Shown: piece after piece, positions 1 through 14,690 of the stretch
Numbering within the stretch: the first letter of the stretch is position 1
How the letters are laid out: each line of letters begins with the position of its first letter
DNA from: Chrysomallon squamiferum
Taxonomy: Eukaryota; Animalia; Mollusca
Direction: 5' to 3'
DNA length: 64,000 nt
Assembly (NCBI GenBank): GCA_012295275.1
Contig: CM022668.1
Coordinates: forward strand, 186,001 to 250,000
Position numbers and translations under genes: made by a program
The notes under the pieces: generated by a model
Told to the model about the DNA's origin: nothing
What the model saw: the letters and a program-made list of their open reading frames with translations, nothing else
Database searches by the model: none

Positions 1-257
1 GAAATTATTTTTTAACGATAGGAATGTTATTTACCTCATTTTTTCTTCTTTCTTTCTTTCTTTTCATCGTCTTTTTTACTTCTCCTTGTTGTTTTCCTTT
101 TATTTCTTCTGTTTAATTTTTTTCATTTTATTTTTCATTTCATTTCATTCTCTTTTTTTCATTTCTTTCTGTTTCTTCAGTCTTCCTTTATTTATTTTTC
201 TTATATTCTTCTTTCCTTCTTTGTTCTTTTTTATTTCCAATTGTTATGTTCCCTCTC

Positions 258-2050
<1,793 letters not shown>

Positions 2051-2139
2051 AATTTAACTGTCTGTCTCACTTTGTATTTCTATCTGTATGTCCATCTGTG
2101 AGACTGTCTCTTTTTCACTATTTGCATGTGTCTTTATCT

Positions 2140-2219
<80 letters not shown>

Positions 2220-2400
2220 ATTCACTCATTCATTAATCCATTCACAGAAACTGGAAATGTGTCAGTAAATTATTATTGTTCAATTTATCGAAGTTAAACA
2301 GTGAATAAAAATAAAATTTTATATGTCTATAGTCTCACACTTACAATTCAAATAACGTATTTGATTTGATTTGATTTGATTTTATCTTATTTTGTTTTGC

Positions 2401-2454
<54 letters not shown>

Positions 2455-3081
2455 TGCTGAAACTTTTACGTTATTGCGTTAAAAACAGGAAAATTTTAGA
2501 AATATTTATCAAAGTATCTAGGCACTGTAGTAAAAGATTTATATCGGTAACAGGGTAAAAATAGCGGGGTGTATCATGGAACAAGATGTAAAGAACAATG
2601 TTTTCATTTTCTTCTGTTGTTTCGGCCTTGCATTGTGAAACACCTGTAGCGTTGTGTCAACGGTTGCTGATTTTTTAAAACTGTTAACTAAAGGCGTTAT
2701 CTGATTCGGCAAGTTGATGTGGCAAAGTTTAGTTAGTTTAGATCAACTTCTAGATGTTATGCCACACACACACACACCCACACATACACACAACACACAT
2801 ACATACATAAACACACATAAAAACACACACACACAGAAGCATACATATATATATATGTATACACGTACATACATACATACATACATATATATGATTCCTA
2901 GGTACCTGTAGATTGTCCTTGTGCCTTATCTAACGTTGAGATGTATTAACGATAAACGTAACGAATGCATTTTTACTTGATTTTTAAAGTTGCGTTCATA
3001 CACTTAGTAGTTTTAATTTACTCATTAGAATTTTATGAAACAAACATTTGATCTGTAATGAAAAAATATATAAATGTATAT

Positions 3082-3147
<66 letters not shown>

Positions 3148-3494
3148 TTCCTTTTTTTCTTGATCACTTTGATTCCCCCTTTTAAGTCAGAAGTGTACCC
3201 GCCACAGTCTTTATGTTTGTTGAAACTTCAAACCTAAGTAATAATTTACCTAAAGCAGCGTCACGCGCCCTGCACCCCACTGCGCATGTCACACGCAATT
3301 GACGTCGACTGATACCAGTCTAACAAACGGCTCTTAACTTCTCAGCGTAACTCACAGGATGCACAGTATATATGTGTTTTAGCAAGGACATTTGCGTTCG
3401 TGCAATAATCACCATGACAGCATGACGTCAGTAAACAATTTTTGTCACAGCTCTGTGTTCTACAAATGACTTTTATATTACACAATCGATGAAT

Positions 3495-3581
<87 letters not shown>

Positions 3582-4781
3582 CCCGTCTCTCTCCGTCAGT
3601 TTCCCATTGTCTTTCTCCATTTCTCTCTTTCTCTCTCTCACTTTCATTTTTCACTCGCTCTTTCTTTCACATCTACTCTCACTGTTTCTGTCATTTTCTT
3701 TCATTCTTCTCTTAATCACTGCTTTCTCTGTAAGCATACTGAGAGACAGACAAAGACAAAGAGGCGCACTGATATGGAAATATATAGATATATATATAAA
3801 AAATATATATATATTGTTGTATATATATTGTTGTACACAAGAAATGCAATAAACGGCGTAAAATTAAAAAAAAAAAAAGTAAGTTAAATATATTATAATC
3901 TGACCTCCAGCTTCAAAGAGTAAAGAATAACTATAACTTAAGTGTCTTTAGTACAAACTGTCGCTATCAATTTGTAATAAAAACGTCTTCAAATCTTTCC
4001 CACAGTATTGAAATCACAATGAGGAGAGAACCCAGGGGAAGGGTGATTTAGAGATATATGTTACCTCAACCTTTTTAAAACAGCATTTTATACTGTTCTG
4101 GTTTGTACATTTCTGTGACCATCAAAGGCATTCAAGAAGGTACATATCAAAAGAGTGCTATAAGTTATTCACATGTACAAAAAGAAAAAAACTGTATAAT
4201 CATAATTGTCTAACAAAAATAAATAAATAAGTAAACTCTTCTTGAGATAACCTAATATATACATCTCCCCTTAAGCATTACCAAATACTCTGTGACTGTC
4301 ACTTTACTAGCCTAGGACTAGGACAACAGTGCAAGATTTGCTTTCCCAAGTACACTCTCCCACCTGCGACAGTTTTGAACCGTCCTTATTTTTGTCTGTA
4401 CATTCTTTGAAGTTAGCTTAATTTCATAGTCATAATGTCATAAAATTCACATTATTATTCAGACGGCTTTGGCCATGCTTCGGTGATTCTGTTATCCTAC
4501 GTATTTGTAAAATCATAATAAAAAAGAGTCCTTCTATGCACGTCTTATAAAATTTCTATTTTCTATTATCTAAACAAACTTTATATTCATGAAAAATATT
4601 TAATCCACCGGACTATATTTAATAAGAATTTTACCTACAATTATATGCTTAACTGAAAATCATGCAATAATTTTGTAAAATCATCCCCTTGTATTTATTT
4701 TTAGTACATTTCATAGCTGAAACATGTCATTAATGAAATGTATATTCGTTTACGCTGCGTTTAGAAAACAAATTAAGCCAA

Positions 4782-4851
<70 letters not shown>

Positions 4852-7293
4852 GTAGAAGAAGAAGTCGAAGAATAACAGCAACAATAGCAATATTAGCAAT
4901 ACCATAACAGTAATAACAACAATAACAGCATATTATTAAAAACACCAATAATTATAACAACAGCAACGACGACAACAACAACAACAACGACATTAGCACG
5001 CATAGTAATAATATCAGTCTTTTACTTCTGCCTTTAATAATTTTGCATCCGCCCTCATCACCTTCTTTCATCTTTATAACCGGCTTAATCCACTTAAGAG
5101 TATAAAAGTGAAGACATTACCGGAATCGGGGCGGTCATAGCTCATTGCACACACTTTACTATGCACTTAGAGTTGAATTTTATTTCAGTTTTGTGACTGT
5201 GGCACTCCACGTTTTATTCAAATCAACGCGTGGCGCCAACGTCGCTTCATTTCTGACCATGAAAAATATATGGCCGACTTCGTTTGCTGAATGATAATAG
5301 GTAAGGATCGTGAAAAGAATAATATGTTTGTTACCTGTGAGATAGGTTATCTGTATTTGTCATAAAAATGTCGTGAAATATATTTACCAAAAAAAAGTAG
5401 GTGAAGATAGTTAGACGGACAGATAGTTTCTCTGAGAGAGACAGAGATTGGGTTAATCGATGTTGTCTGTATACTTGTCTCCCTGTAGCTGCAGGTCTAA
5501 GCCAGGGGCTTAAGGCACAAACACGACTACAGGATAGATTATTATTATTGTTACTGAAGTTGTTGTCTTTGTGTTGCTATTGTTGTTGTTGTTTTAATAT
5601 TGTCACCGTTTCACCTTGTGTTGTTCATGTTCGAAATTTTGTAGTAGTAGTATTTGAAGTATTTATTTGTTTGTTCGTTCGTGTATTTGTTTGAAAACAT
5701 GACAATAAATGAAAAGAACATCGCCAAGTAGTAACTATTCCCCTCATATAATTATATTTCGAATTGACGAATCGTTACGAATAAAGCCGACGGTTGACGA
5801 ATCTCGAAACTTGTAGTGTGTTTGTAATGTGTAACAAAACTATTTGTGTGAGATTGTATAACTCAGTTTAAACATGATACATATATGGAGAGATTATGTT
5901 TCTCTCTTTGATGAAACCCTTCAGATGAATAATGATATATAACTGAGTGCCTGAATGGAATTCTGAATTTCAAAAAAATATTTGTTTACATTTGTTTACA
6001 TATCTAAAACTATATTCATACGACAGCATATTTTCAACCTGCGTTTCTACCTTTCAGTATATTTATAAATCCAACTACCTACATCCATCTATCCATCATT
6101 ACTTAATATATACATACATACAAAAAAGCATACATATATACATACATACATACACACATACAAAAGATACCAAAATATCCATACCCACAAACATTTACCT
6201 ACATTCATACATACATACATACATACATACATTCATACATACATACAGAAATAAATAAGGAGAAAAAAATAAAAAATAGACTGATTTATTAGGAAATGTG
6301 TTTTGCACGTGTTTTAGAATCTAGATTTTTTACTTTATTTCGGGTTCATTTTTTCAAAGAAATGTTTAAATTATGATCAAAGCGGGATAACATCACACTG
6401 AGTTTTCACAGAGCTCGTAAATCGAGTCCTAAACGCGAGTATCACTCCTAATGTTATATCTTGCGTGTCCTCTTTTTTGTTTTCAATTCTTTTTTTTTTT
6501 TTCCCCCTCTTTTTCTCCAATTTTAAGCCATGGAATCTTACCGGAAGAACCTGGATGGAGGAAGAAACCATTTTCAAACTTGACAGTTCTTATCTGGGTT
6601 TTCCTAAATAAACAGTCTGCTAGACTGAAGATTCAGTAAAGATGATACAACTTATTTTCGTACTCAGTATATCAGACTTGCATCACGTTTTGTGTTAAAT
6701 ATGTAGTAATAAAAATGACGAAACAGTATTCAAGAACTTCATTTTACAAAAATAAAAATAGAAAAGGTAAGAAAGGAAATTCACGCTGATTTATTTATTT
6801 ATTTACGACTACTGTTTTATTAGTATTGTTGTTGTTATTGTTCATTTTATTGTTAGTTTTGTTTTGATACTGGTATTGCTATTGTTATGTTCTGTGCATT
6901 TTTTTAGTTGTTGTTGTTGTTGTTGTTATTATTATTATTATTTCTATTTTGGGGAATTTTCTTTTGATAGGTATTTTTGTTATTACAGTTAAAGTTTCGG
7001 ATATAGAGAAACAGAGAGATAGATATATCATACTGATATATATAATTATACAGAGAGAGACAGGAAGACAAAGAGTTAGACGCAGAGAGAAACAGATATA
7101 TAACTATAAAACTAATCTATCTCACAGTCAAACATCAGGTACTGCCTGCCAGAGAAACGCATCGTCACTGGCGTCTGGTGTGTTCATTATCGTCATAACC
7201 GCGACGTCTGGGAGCATCAGTGACGTCATGTGTTCACATGCTGGGATAAACAAATATGGACCAGTTGCACCTATTACTACTTACACATAGGTG

Positions 7294-7734
7294 TATATAT
7301 ACAAACACATGCGGCACACATATATACAATACATACAGATACGTAAAACACAGACACATAAACATGTATATACAGAGACATCGACACACAAACACACACA
7401 CAGAGACACAGACACATACACAGATCAACAACATTCTCGTCATTTATCTAACAAATGCCAAACAAATGGTAGTAGCCACCAGAAGTAGTAATAGGTGCAA
7501 CGTCATGTGTTCACAAATATGGACCAGTTGCACCTATTACTACTTCTGGTGGCTACTACCATTTGTTTGGCATTTGTTAGATAAATGACGAGAATGTTGT
7601 TAATCTGTGTATGTGTCTGTGTCTCTGTGTGTGTGTTTGTGTGTCGATGTCTCTGTATATACATGTTTATGTGTCTGTGTTTTACGTATCTGTATGTATT
7701 GTGTATATGTGTGCCGCATGTGTATGTATATATA
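7294..7734. repeat. Inverted repeat, ~207-bp arms (7294-7500 / 7528-7734) with a 27-bp spacer
   Basis: The arms are near-perfect reverse complements, and ORFs 7234..7443(-) and 7585..7776(+) give nearly the same peptide. Confidence 0.95.
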
Positions 7735-7810
7735 TATGTATATATATATGCATGTCTGATAAACGATTGCGGTTAAAATTAGTGATTATTTCCTAGTTAT
7801 TAAATTTCTA

Positions 7811-7849
<39 letters not shown>

Positions 7850-9432
7850 TACACACACACCCACTCACAGAGAGTGGGAAGGTACAAGCATAGAGAAAAC
7901 AGTCTAGTAAGCACCAGAATTAAAAAAATAATAATAAATAAATAAATAAATAAATACCATAATTTATATATAACTATTGAAACCTACAACTATTACAAGT
8001 TGTTACTTTACGCACAAATGAAAACTGTAAATAAATACCTAGCATTAGTAGACTGTACTGAAACAGGTTATGAAGTTTGACTGCTTGTCTGTATTTCATA
8101 TGATCTGATACACTGTCCTCATTTCAGTTCGTTTTATTACCACGGACATAACGGATGATAATTTCTATAAACAGTTTACTGACTAAGAGCAGCAGCGATG
8201 TAAGCAGTGAGTCACTCCCTTTAATTGCATTGTTCAACTAACTACTTATATTTTGATTCTCCTGGACTGAACTAGAGAAGTAGATGCTTAATTAGCTTTC
8301 AGTATGGCGTCTGACGATCTATACAGGTGGCGCGTACTTCAGTAAATGGAAGAGCGAAAACATGGTTCCGGTGAACGGAAAAGCTTACCAATGTTGCGTA
8401 AATTAGACGTTTTTTCGACTTAACCAAAGAAACAAAGAAAGCATAATGAAGATTTATTGTTTTCTCACCTCGTCAATCATCGGAACAGATCGGCAAAACG
8501 CGCTGTCAACAAAGAATGTAATGAACTGTAGTTCCGCACATTGGGGCATGCGCAGTAACATCTGTCGTGACAGGAACATCGGGAGAAGACGTTGATGGAG
8601 TTGAACCTAGCACACAGTTATCTGCATTCAATCTAGGAGACTTGTGACGTCATTAATTTGCTATTTTCAAAGATGAGCAACCACTGACATGGTGTGACGT
8701 TTCAGACAATTAAGTCTAGGTCAAAGATCACATATCGTTGCCCTTAATAAGCGGGGACTTGTGGGAAATATGCGGGGTTTCTGATAGAAGTCAAATTTTG
8801 TTTCGTTTCGTCTGTTATCGTATAGTCATTTCTAATTAAGCCATTCTCTTGAACGACGTCATGTCGCAAAACTAGGTCAGAGGTCAAAGACAAGGCACGT
8901 GCTTCGACCATTTAAAGCTACTGCTAGCTAATATTGATGCGTTAAAAAGTATGTCATTATTAATTATCAGAATGAAAGGACGATGAAATATCACTTGGTG
9001 AAAACAAAACTAATTATTGTCAGAGCCAAGTCATGTGCCGCGAAATAAAATTTATAAAGAACACGTGTCTGCTTGAGAAAGATGCATGAAGACGATACTT
9101 TATTGCTAAATGATAAATTGTTCACTTCCAATTTTATTTTCATTCGCCTAACTATTCTGCAATAAACGGAGAAATTTGTAAACATGATTCTTTTCTCTTC
9201 ATTTATTTTACTGTATCTTTTTTCTCTCTCTCCCTCTCTTTTTTTTATTTATTTTTTTATTTTATATTATTGTATACTGTTATTTTTAGTTTTATTTGAT
9301 TGGGTTGTTTATTATTATCATCATCATCAATGTTGTTGTTGTTTTGTTGTAGCTGCTGTTGCTGATTTTATATATTTATTTCATTTATTTTATTATTATT
9401 TTTATTTATTTACTTATTTATTATTATTATTG

Positions 9433-9500
<68 letters not shown>

Positions 9501-10120
9501 TATACTGATAACAAAGAATTTAATAAATTATCAAAATAAACTAAAACACTAAATGCTGAAATCTGATCGGATAATTTGAAAATCTATTTCATCTGCTGGT
9601 TTCTTTCACTTGGATCAATGCACTTTCAGAATCCATGAGTAAACAACACTCAGCAGACTTTCTGAAAACTGTTCCGCGAAGAAACTGGCCGATTTTTTTT
9701 GATTTTTTATTTTTTTTTTGAACTTAGGATCACTTCAAGTTCCATTTCCCAACTACCCCTACAAATTCACCCCCACCCGTCTTCACATCGCTGACAAACA
9801 GACGCATCGATGGCATGAGTCTGAGGAATTGCAACGAAATGGAATCCGGCGGGCTCGATTTTAATATGCCTCTCCATCAATCAAGCATTCTGAGAGAAAA
9901 TTGCGTTTTCTGCGACTAATCGTCGCGTTGTAAACGTAGCCGTTGAGTAGTTGAAAGAAAACGAGCAGAAAACATGCTCAGTCAGAGGAAACCATCGCAA
10001 CACATGTTCTGTGACGTAACAGTGAGATGACATCACTGGAAACCAACAAAGACTATCAACAGTAATGCTGTTAGATGCATGTACAGGGTTTGCTATTTCT
10101 TAATCTGTCCTGTGTACTAT

Positions 10121-10134
10121 TGTATGTATGTATG

Positions 10135-10168
<34 letters not shown>

Positions 10169-10330
10169 TGTATGTATGTATGTATGTATGTATGTATTTT
10201 TGTATGTATGTATGTGTGTATGTATATATGTATGTATGTATATATGTATGTATGTATGTATGTGTGTATGTATGTATGTATGTAAATGTATATGGATGTA
10301 TGTATATATGTGTATGAATGTATAAGTGTA
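10121..10330. repeat. (TATG)n microsatellite
   Basis: Read directly from the sequence. Confidence 0.95.
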
Positions 10331-11804
10331 TATTATATATGTGTGTATGTTTGTGTGTGTGTGTTTGTGTGTGTATATATGAATTATGTTTACATATATG
10401 TATGTAGGTGTTTGTATATGTATGTATTTATGAATGTGTGTTTCTATGTATATATGTACTGAATAGGTTTTTTCCTACTTGCGTAGATCCGTAGAGATTT
10501 CCAGGCTTATATATAAAATTAAATAAAATCCGTACATCTCTGTCACATTAATCCTGAATCGGTCCGATACACGTACGTTTTGAGTAATACACAGTTTCAG
10601 AGCATGCTCCCAATTTCGTTCTTTTTCTTTCTTCTTCTTCTAATACTCATTCTCATCAGCAGCATGATGGCAACAGTTTCTGAATCACATTATATGAACA
10701 CATAATTGTCTGATTTATTTTTTATGCTGCTCTGTATATTTCTGGCTGCAAAATAATATAACATACCGTCTGCTAACTGACAGAATAATAAATAAATTAA
10801 CAGTACAGAAAAATATAAGTTAAATAAAAAATAAAAAATTCTACGTGGAAAAAAATAAGTAAAGAGAACGACTTCAAAGCTGGAAAAATATGATGTGTGG
10901 TTGTTTTTAATGCTAACATATGGCGCGTGAACATCCGGGGTATTGGAGTTGTCAGAAAAACTGAAAGCGTTACTCCGTCATATCGCGAAGCGTCTGACCT
11001 GTGATCTTCGCACGTGCAACAGTGACCTTTAGGTTATCGTCTGCGTTTAGTAAGACATATAGGATACTAAAACTTATACGAAATTTCGCACCATATGCTA
11101 AGAAAAATGCTGCCGTTAGGGAGATAAAAAAAGAAAAGAAAAAAAGTATATATATATATACTTCCTTTTTTTTTTTGTCGCATTTTTTTTATTTATATAT
11201 ATATACCCATACAAATTGAAGATGAAAAGACGAAGGTGATGCAAGACAAAGATCAAGCCAACAAGTGAAATGTTTAGTTTAAAAAAGCAGTCTTTAAAAC
11301 AGAATGTTATTTATTTTTTTATTTTTTTTATTTATTTATTTATTTATTAGTTTGTTTGTTTGTTTGTCATTGTTGTTATTGTTGTTATTTAATATTTTCG
11401 GATTCTGCATAGTATAAAAATGGCATGTTGAAAATAAGATTATATATAATCATAAAATATTTTATAAATTAACTAAAGTGACTTAACGTCGTAATGTGCG
11501 TTGAATATTGTTAAGTATATGTTTATCTAAGCATTTCTTTATTATGCAGTTGTTCCTGTCGTCATCATCGCGGTCGAAATGAGCTTGTCTTCATTTCTGT
11601 CTATTTCTGTTTATCTCTACCTTCTCTTGCTACAGATAATTATATGAGTGTATGTGTGTGATATTCTGCTAATCCAAAATGCTGCTATTGAAATGTCAGA
11701 AGCGAATTTGTTTTGTTTTTGTTTTTTTCTTTTGCATTTCACCATATAATAATAATAATAATAAACTAAAATGAGGTTTATGCTCATTCATAAATTTAGC
11801 TTGT

Positions 11805-11877
<73 letters not shown>

Positions 11878-12006
11878 AAACCTATCTTTCTCTGTGTAGG
11901 TGCATTTGTATGTTTCACTATCCTATTATCAGTCATTTATCTATCATACTCTTTTTTCACGTTTCTTTCTTTCTCTTTCTCTCTCCCTCGCTCACATATA
12001 CATTTA

Positions 12007-12075
<69 letters not shown>

Positions 12076-12864
12076 AAACTATCAAATAAACGCACAATAA
12101 ATATGTTTGCAGGCATGCATATAATCGTATCGTTTTAAATGATGAGCGCAAATTATTTTATGAAAAATTAGTCTAGTTCTTCCGTTGTTTTCCTTTTAAC
12201 ATTCTTTAGCGCACTTAACTCCATACTGCTATATTAATACTCATGATAAGATTTTTTTACTTCTTTATCTCAATCTTTTATCTTCGCTTCACCTTTTTCC
12301 TTTCTTCTTTTTTTAAATTGTATCCATTTATTTAGCTACACAAGAATTGCCACTTCATTCAAAGCATATAAATTTCATTTAGTCATAAAACCTGCTCACC
12401 CTACTTGTACGAATATGGTATCACCCGTCCCGCCCACTTCTAACGAACGTGCACCTTTCGTGCCACTCATCTGGCTCTTCCAATAGTGGCGTGCCTTCCC
12501 TACGATACCTGTCAACTTGAAAGAAGTTTTGAATCAACCACAATTAGTTTGATCTTTTACAGTTGATGAACGAGATTTGAGCCTGAGTTTAGTAGGTGCT
12601 TTCTCCATCCTCATTGAATCATTTTATGGATTATAACAAAATTACAACTACTGTGTTTATACTTTTGTCGCTTGAAGACAAAATACTTACTACAATAGCA
12701 TATAGCCTAATTTTTCATTATTTCTATTTAATTATTTTCTTATTTATTTATTTAGTTTTTTATTTAGTTTTTATTTATTTATTTATTTATTATTACTGTT
12801 ATGATTATTCTTATTATTATTATTATTATTATTATACTTTTATTTATTTATTATTACTGTTATG

Positions 12865-12903
<39 letters not shown>

Positions 12904-13389
12904 CTTTTATTTATTTATTTTATTGCTGTATCGAGAAAAGTAAAATGCTGACTGGGTAAAGAAATGATATGTACTGAAAGTGGTTCATGGTTTTAGATAT
13001 GCGTCTGCAAATAAGTCACATTTGATTAGTTTAGCTAAAAAAGAAACTGTTCAAGTATTATCCAAAAAAAAAAAAAGAAGAAGATATAAATGAATGTCAG
13101 AAAGCGAAAAAAAATAAAATAAAATAATACTACTAGTACTATCACAACCAATAATAATAATAATAATAATAATAATAAGCACAACAACAACAATAACGGT
13201 AACAATACTGATAAAGCAGTATGCAATATTAGTAATAGATGAAGGTGTATTAACATTAGTAATATTAGCAGTAGTAATAAGTGGTTGTAGCTTTGCCAGT
13301 AGTAGTAGTAAAAGAATAAGTGTAATATGTAATTGTAGTAGTGCTAATCGTTGTGGTAATAATAATGCTGATACTAATGGTCGTAATAG

Positions 13390-13533
13390 TAGTACTAGTA
13401 GTAGTTAGTAGCAGCAGTTATAGCAGTAATGGTGGTGATGGTAGTAGTAGTAGTAGTAGTAGTAATAGTAGTAGTGGTAGTATAGTAATAATAGTAGTAG
13501 TTAGTAGCAGCAGTAGCAGTTATAGCAGTAATG

Positions 13534-13567
<34 letters not shown>

Positions 13568-13641
13568 CAATAGTAGTAGTGGTAGTATTGTAGTAATAGT
13601 AGTAGTTAGTAGCAGCAGTAGCAGTTATAGCAGTAATGGTG

Positions 13642-13689
<48 letters not shown>

Positions 13690-13761
13690 ATAGTAGTAGT
13701 GGTAGTATAGTAGTAATAGTAGTAGTTAGTAGCAGCAGTAGCAGTTATAGCAGTAATGGTG

Positions 13762-13797
<36 letters not shown>

Positions 13798-13881
13798 GTA
13801 ATAGTAGTAGTGGTAGTATAGTAGTAATAGTAGTAGTTAGTAGCAGCAGTAGCAGTTATAGCAGTAATGGTGGTGGTGGTG

Positions 13882-13917
<36 letters not shown>

Positions 13918-14216
13918 GTAATAGTAGTAGTAGTGGTAGTATTAGTAGTAATAGTAGTAGTTAGTAGCAGCAGTAGCAGTTATAGCAGTAATGGTGGTGG
14001 TGGTGGTGGTAGTAGTAGTAGTAGTAGTAATAGTAGTAGTGGTAGTATAGTAGTAATAGTAGTAGTTAGTAGCAGCAGCAGACACAGTTATATTAGTAGC
14101 AGTGGTAGTGGTAGTAGTAGTAATAACAGTAGTAGGAGTTATAGTAGTAATGGGAGTAGTAATAGCAGTAGCAGTAGTTAGTAGCAGCAGCAGTAGCAGT
14201 TATAGTAGTAATGGTG

Positions 14217-14249
<33 letters not shown>

Positions 14250-14312
14250 ATAGTAGTAGTGGTAGTATAGTAGTAGTTAGTAGCAGCAGTAGCAGTTATA
14301 GCAGTAATGGTG

Positions 14313-14360
<48 letters not shown>

Positions 14361-14690
14361 ATAGTAGTAGTGGTAGTATAGTAGTAATAGTAGTAGTTAG
14401 TAGCAGCAGTAGCAGTTATAGCAGTAGTGGTGGTGGTGGTGGTAGTAGTAGTTGTAGTAGTAGTAGTAGTAATAGTAGTAGTGGTAGTATAGTAGTAATA
14501 GTAGTATTAGTAGCAGCAGCAGACACAGTTATATTAGTAGCAGTGGTAGTGGTAGTAGTAGTAATAACAGTAGTAGGAGTTATAGTAGTAATGGGAGTAG
14601 TAATAGCAGTAGCAGTAGTTAGTAGCAGCAGTAGCAGTTATAGTAGTAATGGTAGTATAGTAGTAATAGTATAGTAGAAATAGCAGTAAT
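13390..14690. repeat. Compound ~110-125-bp minisatellite built from AGT/AGC/GGT triplets, with a 441-bp higher-order duplication
   Basis: The unit AGTTAGTAGCAGCAGTAGCAGTTATAGCAGTAATGGTGGT...TAGTAG recurs. The variant block GACACAGTTATATTAG occurs at 14081 and 14522. Confidence 0.95.

Noticed and set aside
10075-10325. Three overlapping YVCM-repeat ORFs
   Set aside because: They come from a (TATG)n microsatellite.
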